Source: Dehalococcoidia bacterium
GTDB taxonomy: Bacteria > Chloroflexota > Dehalococcoidia > UBA2979
Direction of reading: 5' to 3'
DNA length: 64,000 nucleotides
NCBI GenBank assembly: GCA_963667465.2
Contig: CAXXDN010000002.1
Location: 1,504,001-1,568,000 of the forward strand
Shown piece by piece: positions 9,407-19,161 of this stretch; within the stretch, counting starts at the first letter, position 1; each line of letters opens with the position of its first letter. Below the pieces are notes generated by a model. The model was not told the origin of the DNA and searched no databases. It worked only from the letters and a program-made list of their open reading frames with translations. Made by a program: the position numbers and the translations under genes.

Positions 9407-10339
9407 TCACTCCTCACCGTCCTCGAGGGCCTGCACATGCTGGAAGCCGAAGCGACCCTTGATGCAGAGATGGCCGCCGGTCACGGAGTGGTCGGAGGGC
9501 GAGGTGACCTTCACGATCTCGTTGTCCTGCACGTGCAGCTCGAGGTTACAGCCGACCCCGCAGTAGGGGCAGACGGTCGTCGTGATGGTCTGGCGCTCCT
9601 CGTCCCACTCGCCGGCGGCGCGCAGCTCGTGCTCGCTCTTGAACATCAACGCCCCGGTGGGACAGACGGCGATGCAGTTGCCGCAGAAGACGCAGGCCGA
9701 GTCGGGCAGCGACGTGTCGTACTCCGTCGCGATGGTGGCGTCGAAGCCGCGCCCGGCAACGGCGATCGCGAAGGTGTGCTGGGCGTCGACGCCGCAGGCC
9801 TCGACGCAGCGGTAGCAGAGGATGCACTTCGAGAAGTCGCGCACGTAGAGGTCGTTGTCGAGCCTCGCCGGCTGCGCCTGCGTCGCCGCGTGCTCGGCGT
9901 CCGGCGGCGCGTGGTGGCCCGGCCGAGGGCGCTCCGCCTCGCCGCCGCCCGCGGGAGCGGGCGGCCCGTAGCGCTCCGGCGCGACGCCGTACTCCTCCAG
10001 CCAGTGCCGCAGCTGCGGCTCAGCCGTCGAGAGATCGACCGCCGAGGCGAGCAGTTCGAGCACGAGCCGGCGGCTGTGCTCGACACGTTCGGAGGTCGCC
10101 GTCACCGCCATGCCGTCCTCGGCCTGCCGCGAGCAGGAGGCGACCAGCGCGCGCGAGCCCTCGAGCTCGACAACGCAGGCGCGGCAGGCGTTGGCGGGCG
10201 TGAGGCCTTCGAGGTAGCAGAGCGTGGGCGGGCCGACGCCAGCGGCGCGGCAGGCAGCGAGGACGCTCGCGCCTTCCGGCACCCAGACGGGCGTACCGTC
10301 CACGGTCAACTCGACCAGCGGTTGAGGCTCGCTCGTCAC
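9407..10339 (-). CDS. Formate dehydrogenase Fe-S subunit: 2Fe-2S + 2x4Fe-4S + molybdopterin-oxidoreductase Fe4S4 domain
   Basis: PTLC..ACRACVV..ASC; CILCYRCVEAC; CVFCGNCIAVCP; TTVCPYCGVGC...LCIKGRFG at the C-terminus. Confidence 0.92.
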   Translation of the reverse strand: MTSEPQPLVELTVDGTPVWVPEGASVLAACRAAGVGPPTLCYLEGLTPANACRACVVELEGSRALVASCSRQAEDGMAVTATSERVEHSRRLVLELLASAVDLSTAEPQLRHWLEEYGVAPERYGPPAPAGGGEAERPRPGHHAPPDAEHAATQAQPARLDNDLYVRDFSKCILCYRCVEACGVDAQHTFAIAVAGRGFDATIATEYDTSLPDSACVFCGNCIAVCPTGALMFKSEHELRAAGEWDEERQTITTTVCPYCGVGCNLELHVQDNEIVKVTSPSDHSVTGGHLCIKGRFGFQHVQALEDGEE

Positions 10340-12171
10340 GGCGCGCTCCTCTCGCGATCGAGCAGCCCGAGGTCAATCGCGGACTGCACCGCGATGCCCG
10401 CCGTCTGGCCGAGCCCGCAGATCGATGCGTCCGTCATCGCCCTCGCGATATCGTCGAGGATCGCGATCTCGTCGCCGGCGTTGCCGTTCGTGCTGGCGAG
10501 GCGGTGCAGCGCCTCCTCCTGGCGCACGGTGCCGATGCGGCAGGGCACGCACTGGCCGCAGGACTCGTCGCGGAAGAAGGCGGCGATGCGCCGCGTCGCG
10601 TCCGCGAGGTCCACAGACTCGCCGAAGACCGTCACCGCGCCGGAGCCGAGCGAGACGCCGGCGGTTCGCGCGTCCTCGAAGGTGAGCGGCAGATCGAGCT
10701 GCGCGGCGGTCACGAACGAGCCGGCCGCGCCTCCCAGCAGGACCGCCTTTGGGTCGCCGCGACCCTCCACGCCGCCGGCGAGCGCGATCAGATCGCGCAG
10801 CGTCGCTCCGAACGGGACTTCGTAGACACCGGGGCGGGCGACGCTGCCGGCGAGGCAGAAGAGCTTCGTGCCCGTCGAGCCCGCGGTGCCGGTCTCGGCG
10901 AAGGCGTCCCCGCCCTCGAGGACGATCGCGGGGACGTTGGCGAACGTCTCGACGTTGTTGACGAGGGTCGGCTTGCCGAAGAGGCCGGCCTGCGTCGGGT
11001 ACGGCGGCTTGTTGCGCGGCTCGCCGCGGTAGCCCTCGATGGAGTTGAAGAGCGCCGTCTCCTCGCCACAGATGTAGGCGCCCGCGCCGCGCCGAATCTC
11101 AATCTCGAAGCGCAGGCCCGAGCCGAGCACGTCGCCGCCGAGCAGCCGCGCCGCCTCGGCCTGCGTGATTGCGGCCTCGAGGCGCGCGGTTGCCAGCGGG
11201 TACTCGCGACGGATGTAGAGGTAGCCGCGCTCCGCGCCCGTGGTTACGCCGGCGATCGTCATCGCCTCGATCAGCGCGAACGGGTCGTGCTCCATGAGCA
11301 CGCGGTCCTTGAAGGTGCCCGGCTCGGACTCGTCGGCGTTGCAGACGATGTAGCGAGGCCGCGTCGCGGCGTTCGCCACGTCCGCCCACTTGCGGCCCGC
11401 CGGGAACGCCGCGCCGCCGCGCCCCTGCAGCCGCGAGGCGATCAGCTCGTCGATCACCCACTGCTGCCCGCGCTCCAGCGCGACACGCAACGCCTCATAG
11501 CCGCCGTGCGTGCGGTAGGCATCGAGGCTCGCCGGGTCCACAAGTCCGACGCGCCCAAGCAGCCGCAGCCCGTTCGCGCGCGGCTCGGCGGCCTGCGGAG
11601 CCGAGACGGCCGCCTCGGGGGCCTCGTCCGCGCCTCCGTCGCCACGCAGCCCGGCGAGCACCGCGGGCGCGTCCGCCGCAGCGAGCACGCGGTCCTCGCC
11701 GCCGGCGATCTGCAGCAGCGCCGCGGGCGCTCGCTCGCAGACGCCGAGGCAGGGGCTCGGCTCCCACATCGCGCCCTCGTCCGCTTCGAGGCCGCGCGCG
11801 ACCTCGCCGGCAAGCGCGTCAGCACCGGCGTTGCGGCAAACGATGTCGTCGCAGAGGTGGGCGACGCGCGGCGGGCGCTCGCGCGTGGAGAGCAGCGCGT
11901 AGGACTCGGCGACGCCGTAGGCCTCGGCGGGCGGGACCCGCAGGCGCTCGCAGACGTAGCCGAGAGCCCCCGCGCTGATCCAGCCGATCGCGTCCTGCAC
12001 GGCGTGCAGCGCGGGCAGCAGCAGCTGCCGCTCCTCGCGGGCCTGCTGCGGGCGGCCTTGCTCGCTGCGACCCGGGCCGCCGTCGTCCGGATCGGGCGGC
12101 GGCCCGAGCAGCGCATCGACAGCGGCGCGCTCCGCCGCCGAGGCGGGAGTGGGGAGACGATGGACTTCCAC
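10336..12171 (-). CDS. NuoE-NuoF-like fused diaphorase subunit of NAD-dependent formate dehydrogenase
   Basis: LLPALHAVQ, CDDIVC..CLGVC (2Fe-2S); GRGGAAFP, CNADESEPG, GAGAYICGEETAL, ESCGQCVPCRIG..SICGLG. Confidence 0.93.
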   Translation of the reverse strand: MEVHRLPTPASAAERAAVDALLGPPPDPDDGGPGRSEQGRPQQAREERQLLLPALHAVQDAIGWISAGALGYVCERLRVPPAEAYGVAESYALLSTRERPPRVAHLCDDIVCRNAGADALAGEVARGLEADEGAMWEPSPCLGVCERAPAALLQIAGGEDRVLAAADAPAVLAGLRGDGGADEAPEAAVSAPQAAEPRANGLRLLGRVGLVDPASLDAYRTHGGYEALRVALERGQQWVIDELIASRLQGRGGAAFPAGRKWADVANAATRPRYIVCNADESEPGTFKDRVLMEHDPFALIEAMTIAGVTTGAERGYLYIRREYPLATARLEAAITQAEAARLLGGDVLGSGLRFEIEIRRGAGAYICGEETALFNSIEGYRGEPRNKPPYPTQAGLFGKPTLVNNVETFANVPAIVLEGGDAFAETGTAGSTGTKLFCLAGSVARPGVYEVPFGATLRDLIALAGGVEGRGDPKAVLLGGAAGSFVTAAQLDLPLTFEDARTAGVSLGSGAVTVFGESVDLADATRRIAAFFRDESCGQCVPCRIGTVRQEEALHRLASTNGNAGDEIAILDDIARAMTDASICGLGQTAGIAVQSAIDLGLLDRERSAP

Positions 12172-12176
12172 GGCCC

Positions 12177-14069
12177 TCAGCCGATCTTCTCAATACGGAT
12201 CGCCGAGGCCTTGAACTCGGAGGTGCCGGACTTCGGATCCCAGGCCTCGATCGTGAGGCGGTTGGTGTCGACATCGTCGGGGAAGTGCAGCGTCATGAAG
12301 GCAAGCCCCGGCCGCAGTTCCGAGGCGTAGCGCACCGGCGCCTCCAGCTCGCCACGCCGCGAGCAGACGCGCACCCGCTCGCCGTCCGCCACGCCGAGGC
12401 GCGCGCCGTCCTCGGGCGAGATGTCGAGCGTCTCCGGCCGGCGCAGCGGCGAGCCGTAGCCGGCGGTCTGCACCCCCGTGTTGTAGGAGTCGAGGCGGCG
12501 ACCTGTTGTCAGCCGGATCGGATACTCCGCGGTCAGTTCGTCGACCGGCGGGACGTGCTCGACGGGGTGGAAGGGGACGCGCGGGCCCTCGAGTGGGGCG
12601 CTCCAGAGCCGCCCGTGGAGGAACACCGCTCCGGGATCCTGCTCGTCTGTGCAGGGCCACTGGATGCCGCCCAGCTCCTCGAGGCGCGCGTAGCTCATCC
12701 CGCCGTGGAGCGGCGAGAGCCCGCGCAGCTCGTCCCAGACCTGCTCCGCCTCCGGGGCGCCCCAGTCCGCGCCGAGGCGTTCCGCGAGTGCGAAGACAGC
12801 GTCGAGGTCGTCGCGCGCCTCGCCGGGCGGGTCGAGCGCCTTGCGCACGCGCTGCACGCGGCGCTCGCTGTTGGTCACGGTACCCTCGGTCTCCGCCCAG
12901 GCGGCGGCGGCCGGGAGCACCACGTCGGCCAGCTCGGCGGTCCTGGTGAGCACGATGTCCTGCACGACGAGGTGGTCGAGGCCCTCGATCAGCCGCCGCG
13001 CGCGCTGCACGTCGGCCTCGGACTGCGCGGGGTTCTCGCCGATCACGTAGAGCGCGCGCAGCTCGCCGCGCTCCATCGCCTCGAACATCTGCGTGAGGTG
13101 CCAGCCGTTGCGCGGCGGCACGGTGACGCCCCACGCCTCTTCGAAGCGCGCGCGCGCCGCGTCGTCCTGGACCCTCTGGAAGCCCGGCAGCCGGGTCGGC
13201 ACGGCGCCCACGTCGCCGCCGCCCTGCACGTTGTTCTGGCCGCGCAGCGGGTTGAGGCCGGAGCCGGGGCGACCGACGTGCCCGGTCAGCAGCGCGAGGT
13301 TGATCAGCGCCAGCACGTGGTCGGTGGCGTTGTGGTGTTCGGTGATGCCGAGCGTCCAGCAGAGCTGCGCCGTCCCGGCGCTGCCGTAGGCGTGCGCCAG
13401 TTCGCGGATCGCCTCGGCCGGTACGCCCGAGATCGCTTCGGCGCGCTCCAGCGTGTACGGCTCGACGGACTCGCGGTACGCCTCAAAGTGCTCCGTCGCC
13501 CGCTCGACGAACTCGCGGTGGGCGAGACCGGCGTGGATGATCTCGCGTCCGACGGCGTTCGCGAGCGCGATGTCGGAGCCGACATCGGGGCCGAGCCAGA
13601 GGTCCGCCCACTCCGAGGTGGTCGTGCGGCGGGGATCGACGACGATCAGCCGCGCGCCGTTGCGGATACCCGCGAGTACGTGGTGGAAGTAGATCGGGTG
13701 GGTCTCGCGGGCGTTCGAGCCCCAGAGCACGATCAGCTCGGTGTCCTCGGTCTCCTGGTAGGAGCTGGTCCCGCCTCCCAGGCCAAACACCATCGCCAGA
13801 CCGGCGACGCTGGGGGCATGTCAGGTGCGATTGCAGCTGTCGATGTTGTTGCTGCCGATCACGGCGCGGGCGAGTTTCTGCGCGGCGTAGTTCAGCTCGT
13901 TCGTGCCCTTCGAGCAGCTGAACAGGCCGAAGGAGGTCGGGCCGTGCGCCTCCGTCGCGCGCCGGATGCCCGTGGCCGCGCGGTCGAGCGCCTCGTCCCA
14001 CGAGGCGCGCCGCAGCGCGCCGCCCTCGCGGACGAGCGGGTGCGTCAGACGGGTGTAGCGCCGGCCCAT
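12177..14069 (-). CDS. Selenocysteine-containing formate dehydrogenase catalytic (Mo/W-bisPGD) subunit, about 630 aa, Sec at about residue 83
   Basis: ORFs 13821..14072 and 12177..13793 are in the same frame, joined by TGA at 13821-13823 giving NNIDSCNRT-U-HAPSVAGL (FdhF motif); PLRGQNNVQGG downstream; GGAGG RBS 5 nt before ATG 14069. Confidence 0.93.
13791..13809 (-). promoter_or_regulatory. Bacterial SECIS hairpin
   Basis: CGUCGCC-GGUCU-GGCGAUG stem-loop beginning 11 nt after the UGA, same spacing and GGUCU apex as E. coli fdhF SECIS. Confidence 0.85.
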
Positions 14070-14178
14070 CACAACCTCCGGTCACTCGGACCGCTCAGGA
14101 TACGACTCCGGGGGAGGGCTTGCCGCCCTCAGCGGTATCATGCGAGCCGCGAGCGCGGGCGAAGGGTGCGCAGAGTCG

Positions 14179-15402
14179 ATGACGAACCCCGGCGCACAAC
14201 GTACCGATGCAGGCGCCACCCCGGACCCGCGAGCGGGCGCGGCGGCGCCCGGACCCCCGCTCTGGACGCTCGACTTCATCCTCAACGCCCTCGGCACGGT
14301 GGGCTTCTTCGGCAGCTTCTTCTACCTCGTCTCGGTGCTCCCCGAGTACATCGACTCGATCGGTGGGGAGAAGTGGCAGATCGGCGTGATTGTGGGCGGC
14401 TTCGGGTTCGTGCCCCTCGTGCTGCGGCCCTTCGTGGGGCGCTGGAGCGACCGGGGGCACCGCAAGCGCCTGCAGCGCATTGGCATCCTGACAATGGCTC
14501 TCTCCACGGTGCTGATGGTCTTGTCGGAGGACGTGATCTCGCTCTTCGTCCTGCGCGTCGGGCAGGGCATCGGCATGGCGCTGTTCCCCACCGCGGCCGC
14601 CTCGCTGGCCGCCGAGCTGGCTCCGCCCGCCCGGCGCGGCGAGGGCCTCGGCTACTTCGGGATGGCGACGAGCTCCGCACAGATGATCACGCCGGCCCTG
14701 GGCGTCGCGATCGCCGCGCTGTGGGGCTACGACGCGGTCTTCATCGTCGCCGCCTCCACCTCGCTGGCGACGCTGCTGGTGGTCCAAGCAATCGACGAGC
14801 CGGCAAGCGAGGCGCAGGCCGGGGACGGCTCCGCGCTCATCGCACGGCGCGCGATCTTCCCGATGCTGATCTTCCTCTCGGTCACGTTCTCGATCGTCGC
14901 CGCCTCGGCCTTCCTGCCGCTGCACGGCAGCGACCGAGAGCTCGGCAACGTCGGGCTGTTCTTCCTCGTCTCCGGCGCGGGCGCGATGCTGATCCGGCCC
15001 CTCGCCGGGAGCATGTCCGACCGGCTGGGGCGCGTGCCAGTGACGGTGCCCGCGCTGCTTCTGGCCTGCATCGGGATGTGGATCGTCGCCGTCGCGCAGT
15101 CGCCGCCGATGCTCTGGTTCGCCGCGGCGCTGGTCGGGCTGGGCCTCGGCGCATCGCACACCGGCCTGCTCTCGCTCGCCGTCGATCGCGTGCCGGTCAG
15201 CGAGAAGGGGCGCGCTGCGGCGGTGCTGCAACTCGCATGGGACGTCGGCGGGTTGACCGGAGCGGTCGTCCTCGGCGTCGTCGCGACGCTGCTCGGCGTC
15301 TCCGCCGTGTTCTGGACGGCGGGGGCGCTGGTCATGGTCGCGACCGTCACGCTGGTCGCCGCCTCGGCGCGCGGCACGCTGGCGCTGACCGCCGCGGACT
15401 GA
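14179..15402 (+). CDS. MFS transporter (12 TM)
   Basis: GRWSDRGHRKR and GSMSDRLGR motif-A loops, alternating hydrophobic helices; ATG at 14179. Confidence 0.9.
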   Translation: MTNPGAQRTDAGATPDPRAGAAAPGPPLWTLDFILNALGTVGFFGSFFYLVSVLPEYIDSIGGEKWQIGVIVGGFGFVPLVLRPFVGRWSDRGHRKRLQRIGILTMALSTVLMVLSEDVISLFVLRVGQGIGMALFPTAAASLAAELAPPARRGEGLGYFGMATSSAQMITPALGVAIAALWGYDAVFIVAASTSLATLLVVQAIDEPASEAQAGDGSALIARRAIFPMLIFLSVTFSIVAASAFLPLHGSDRELGNVGLFFLVSGAGAMLIRPLAGSMSDRLGRVPVTVPALLLACIGMWIVAVAQSPPMLWFAAALVGLGLGASHTGLLSLAVDRVPVSEKGRAAAVLQLAWDVGGLTGAVVLGVVATLLGVSAVFWTAGALVMVATVTLVAASARGTLALTAAD

Positions 15403-15439
15403 GCCTCGAGGGCTCGGCCCGCGGCGCTACGCCCCGCGC

Positions 15440-16453
15440 CTACTCCATCGGCTCGAGGCCGTAGACCTCCATCGCGGTCCCGCGGAACAGGCGGTCCTTC
15501 TCGGACTCGGAGAAGTCCGCAACCAGCTTCTTGAAGGCGTTCCAGACCACATGGAACGAGACCGAGGGCTTGTCCGCCGGGAAGTTGCTCTCGAACATCG
15601 CGCGCTCCGGACCGAACGCCTCGATCGCGTGCAGGTAGTAGCGGCTCTGCAGCGCGACCAGCTCGTCCGAGGTGCCCGGCCGCTCGCGCGCCTCCCAGCC
15701 AAAGCCGTTCCACGGCATCAGCATCCCGCCGAGCTTGATGTAGGTGTTCGGCAGCGCCGCGAGCTCCGAGATCCCCTGCTTCCAGACCTCGAAGATCTCG
15801 TCGGCCTGGCTCGCGTAGGGGCCGGTGTTGAGCGGCGTCCCGAGGTGGTCGAGCACGATCGTCGTGTCCGGGAAGTCGCGCGCCAGCTCCGTCAGGTAGG
15901 GCGTCTGCGGGTGATAGTGCCAGCCGTCGAACATCAGCCCCAGCGAGGCCAGTTCCGCGAAGCCCGCGCGGAAGTTCGGATCGCGGTAGGCCTCGCCGCT
16001 GGTCAGGGCCGGCATGCTCGGCACGGTGTCGCTTTCGTCCCAGGCGACGATGTAGCGGATGCCCTTGAACAGCGGCGTGACCTCCATTTGCGTCTCCAGG
16101 CAGCGGCGCACGCCCGAGCCGAGCATCAGGTCGGCGGTGCCGACGATGGCGCGCACCCGCGCCTTGCCCGCCGGGGCCTGCTCCGCCTCGGCGGCGAGGC
16201 CCGCCACCCACTCCGTCTGGCCGACAGGCTTGAGGTCCTCCGGGCCGTCCTCGCGGAACATCGCCCCGCACTCGATGAACACGGTCTGCTCCACGTTGTG
16301 GGTGTCCATGTCCGCCCAGTAGTGCTCGAGCAGGTAGTCCTCGAAGCCGTGCTCGCTGTTGTAGAAGAAGTGGTGATGCGGATCGACGATCGGCCGCTCC
16401 GGCTCGACGATCTCTTCCTGCACCAGCGCGAGCCAGTCCTCGCGGATCTCCAT
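15440..16453 (-). CDS. Amidohydrolase family protein (amidohydrolase_2, lactonase-like)
   Basis: IVDPHHH, IVLDHLG, KLGG, MFESNFP; ATG at 16453. Confidence 0.88.
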   Translation of the reverse strand: MEIREDWLALVQEEIVEPERPIVDPHHHFFYNSEHGFEDYLLEHYWADMDTHNVEQTVFIECGAMFREDGPEDLKPVGQTEWVAGLAAEAEQAPAGKARVRAIVGTADLMLGSGVRRCLETQMEVTPLFKGIRYIVAWDESDTVPSMPALTSGEAYRDPNFRAGFAELASLGLMFDGWHYHPQTPYLTELARDFPDTTIVLDHLGTPLNTGPYASQADEIFEVWKQGISELAALPNTYIKLGGMLMPWNGFGWEARERPGTSDELVALQSRYYLHAIEAFGPERAMFESNFPADKPSVSFHVVWNAFKKLVADFSESEKDRLFRGTAMEVYGLEPME

Positions 16454-16656
16454 CGCTTCGTCCCCCTTCGCGCAGAGTCTCGACACGCCGCCCGCGGGCG
16501 GCGCGCCGAATGGTAGCCGATCGGCGCGCTGACGCCACTGCCGGGGCCTGAGCGAGGCATCCGCGGCAAGCGGGTCGCTGCGGGGCGGCGGTCTGTGCCA
16601 TGCTCGGCGCGCTCGCGACGCCCGCGACCGGGCCCGCGCGGGAGGGAGGCGTCCGG

Positions 16657-19161
16657 ATGTCTGAGGCTCCCGGCCCGCTGACGGGCCTGCGCGTCGTCGA
16701 GATCGCGGCCGGCGCGGCCGTGGCCTACTGCGGGCAGCTGCTCGCCCAGGCCGGCGCGGACATCGTGCGCGTCGAGCCTCCCGAGGGCGACGAGGTCCGC
16801 CTGCAGGGCCCCTTTCCCGGCGACCGCTTCAGCCTCGACGAGGGTGGCATGCACCGCGTGCTCAACGGCGGCAAGCGCAGCGTCGCCGCCGCCGCCACGA
16901 GCGCCGAGGGCACGGCAGCCGTCGAGGCGCTCGTCGAGGACTGCGACCTGCTGCTCAGCTCGCACCAGGCGGACTCGGCGCTGCCACTCGACGACCCCGA
17001 GGAGTTCGCGCGGCGCTTCCCCGGCGTGACGTACGTCTCGGTGAGCCCGTTCGGCGCGACCGGCCCGTACGCCTCGTACCGGGCGGACAGCCAGGTGATC
17101 GAGGCGCTGTCCGGGTTCTCCTACGTCACCGGCAACCCGGACCGCGAGCCGCTCGCCATGGGCGTCGACATCGCCGACTACTTCGCCGGGGTCAACGGCT
17201 ACGTCGCCGCGACGGCGGCGCTGTTCGACGGCGGACGAGGCTTCGTCGACGTCTCGTCCCTCGAATCGCTCGCGCTGGCGGACGATCACACGCTGGCAGT
17301 CTACGCCGGCACGGGCGCGATTCGCCGCCGCTATTACTCGCGCGTGCTGATCGCGTATCCGATGGACGTGCTGCCCTGCAAGGCTGGAGCGGTCGCCTTC
17401 ATCATGCAGGCCAACTCCGCCCCGCCGCTCGCGGAGCTGATCGGCAGGCCCGAGCTGGCGGAGGCGCCGATCCTCGCCGAGCTGCGCGAGCGCGTGCTGA
17501 ACTGGCAGGACTTCGATGCCCTGATCCTCCCCTGGCTCGCCGAGCACAGCGCCGACGAGGTGGTGGAGCGGGCGCGCGAGCTGCGGCTGCCCTTCGGGTA
17601 CGTGCTGCGCGCCACCGAGCTGCTCGAGGACGAGCACCTCAACGTGCGCGGCTTCTTCGACCCTCCACCCGGCGGAGCGCGCACGCTCGGCCCGCCCTTC
17701 CGCCTGACCGAGACGCCGCTGCGCTCCGGCGCCCCGCCGGCCCTCGGCGAGCACGACGCGCAGCCGTGGCCCGCGCCGCGCGAGGCGGGCGAGGGCGTGC
17801 GGGGGCGGCGCGGCGCCCTCGCCGGTCTGAAGGTGATCGACCTCTCCCGCGTCTGGGCGGGGCCGCACATCGGCCGCTCGCTCGCCGACCTCGGCGCGGA
17901 CGTGGTGAAGGTCGAGCGCCCGCACCTGCCCGGCACGCTGCGCAGCGGCTTCATCGCCGGCAACGACGCGAACGGCGCGTACTGGAACCGCTCGACGTAC
18001 TTCCTCGCGCGCAACGCGGGCAAGCGCGCGCTCACGCTCGACTACGCCACTGAGGAAGGACAGGAGGTGCTGCACCGCCTGCTCGCCGAGGCGGACGTGC
18101 TGATCGAGAACTTCACGCCGCCGGTGCTGCGCCGCTACTCGCTGGACTACGCCTCGCTGAAGGAGCGCCACCCGCAGCTCGTCATGGTCTCGGTCTGCGG
18201 CTACGGGCAGACCGGGCCGAACAGCGACAACCCGGCGCTCGGCCAGACGATCGAGCCGGCCGCCGGCATCTCGGCAGTCACCGGCTACGAGGGCGAGCCG
18301 CCGATCCTCGCGGGCAACACGCTCGGCGACGCGTTCTCCGGGATGCACGCCGTGGCCGGGGTGCTGACGGCGCTGCTGGCGCGCGAGCGGAGCGGCCGCG
18401 GTCAGCACGTCGATGTGGCGATGCAGGAGGCGATGATCCAGCTCAGCGGGGCGCACGTGATGGACGCGCTGCTCAACGGCCGCGTGCACGCCCCCGTCGG
18501 CAACCGCCGCCCCGGCATGGTGCGCGGCGCCTACCGCTGCGAGGGCGACGATGCCTTCGTGGCGATCAGCGCGCGCGGCGACGGCGAGTGGGCAGCGCTC
18601 TGCGAGGCGATCGGCCGCCCTGAGCTCGCCCGCGGCGAGCGCTTCCGCGACGCCGCCGCCCGCACCGCCTCACACGACGAGATCGACGCGATCCTCAGCG
18701 AGTGGGCGATCGGCCGGACCAACGTCGAGGCGATGGAGACGCTGCAAGCGGCGGGCGTGCCCGCCGGCGCGGCGCTCCGACCCGACGAGGTCTTCACGAA
18801 CGAGCAGCTGCGCGCCCGGCGCTTCTTTGAGCCGGTCGAGTTGCCGGACTTCGGAGCGATCCCGCTGCAGCGCTACATCCCCGCGCTCTTCGACGGCGAG
18901 CCGTACCCGCCGCCCGGCCGCGCTCCCATCGTGGACGAGCACACCGAGGCCGTGCTCAGCGAGGCGGGTCTGTCAGCCGAGGAACGGCAGCGGCTGTTCG
19001 ACGCCGGCATCACGGCTCCGGACCTGAGCGTGCTGCAATCCGACGCCATGCGCTCGACGCGCGTCATGGACCTCGAGGCCTACGTGGAGCAGGGCTCGGT
19101 ACTGCGGATCGACGAGGACTACCGCGAGCGGCTCGCGGCGGCGCTGCGCGCCTCCTCCTGA
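16657..19161 (+). CDS. Fused two-domain class III CoA-transferase
   Basis: PLTGLRVVE... and LAGLKVIDLSRVWAGP...; GGAGG RBS before ATG 16657. Confidence 0.9.
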   Translation: MSEAPGPLTGLRVVEIAAGAAVAYCGQLLAQAGADIVRVEPPEGDEVRLQGPFPGDRFSLDEGGMHRVLNGGKRSVAAAATSAEGTAAVEALVEDCDLLLSSHQADSALPLDDPEEFARRFPGVTYVSVSPFGATGPYASYRADSQVIEALSGFSYVTGNPDREPLAMGVDIADYFAGVNGYVAATAALFDGGRGFVDVSSLESLALADDHTLAVYAGTGAIRRRYYSRVLIAYPMDVLPCKAGAVAFIMQANSAPPLAELIGRPELAEAPILAELRERVLNWQDFDALILPWLAEHSADEVVERARELRLPFGYVLRATELLEDEHLNVRGFFDPPPGGARTLGPPFRLTETPLRSGAPPALGEHDAQPWPAPREAGEGVRGRRGALAGLKVIDLSRVWAGPHIGRSLADLGADVVKVERPHLPGTLRSGFIAGNDANGAYWNRSTYFLARNAGKRALTLDYATEEGQEVLHRLLAEADVLIENFTPPVLRRYSLDYASLKERHPQLVMVSVCGYGQTGPNSDNPALGQTIEPAAGISAVTGYEGEPPILAGNTLGDAFSGMHAVAGVLTALLARERSGRGQHVDVAMQEAMIQLSGAHVMDALLNGRVHAPVGNRRPGMVRGAYRCEGDDAFVAISARGDGEWAALCEAIGRPELARGERFRDAAARTASHDEIDAILSEWAIGRTNVEAMETLQAAGVPAGAALRPDEVFTNEQLRARRFFEPVELPDFGAIPLQRYIPALFDGEPYPPPGRAPIVDEHTEAVLSEAGLSAEERQRLFDAGITAPDLSVLQSDAMRSTRVMDLEAYVEQGSVLRIDEDYRERLAAALRASS

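Noticed and set aside
13821-14072. 83-aa ORF read as a separate gene or as evidence of an fdh pseudogene
   Set aside because: The TGA is in frame at the Sec position, followed by a SECIS hairpin, and selC is present
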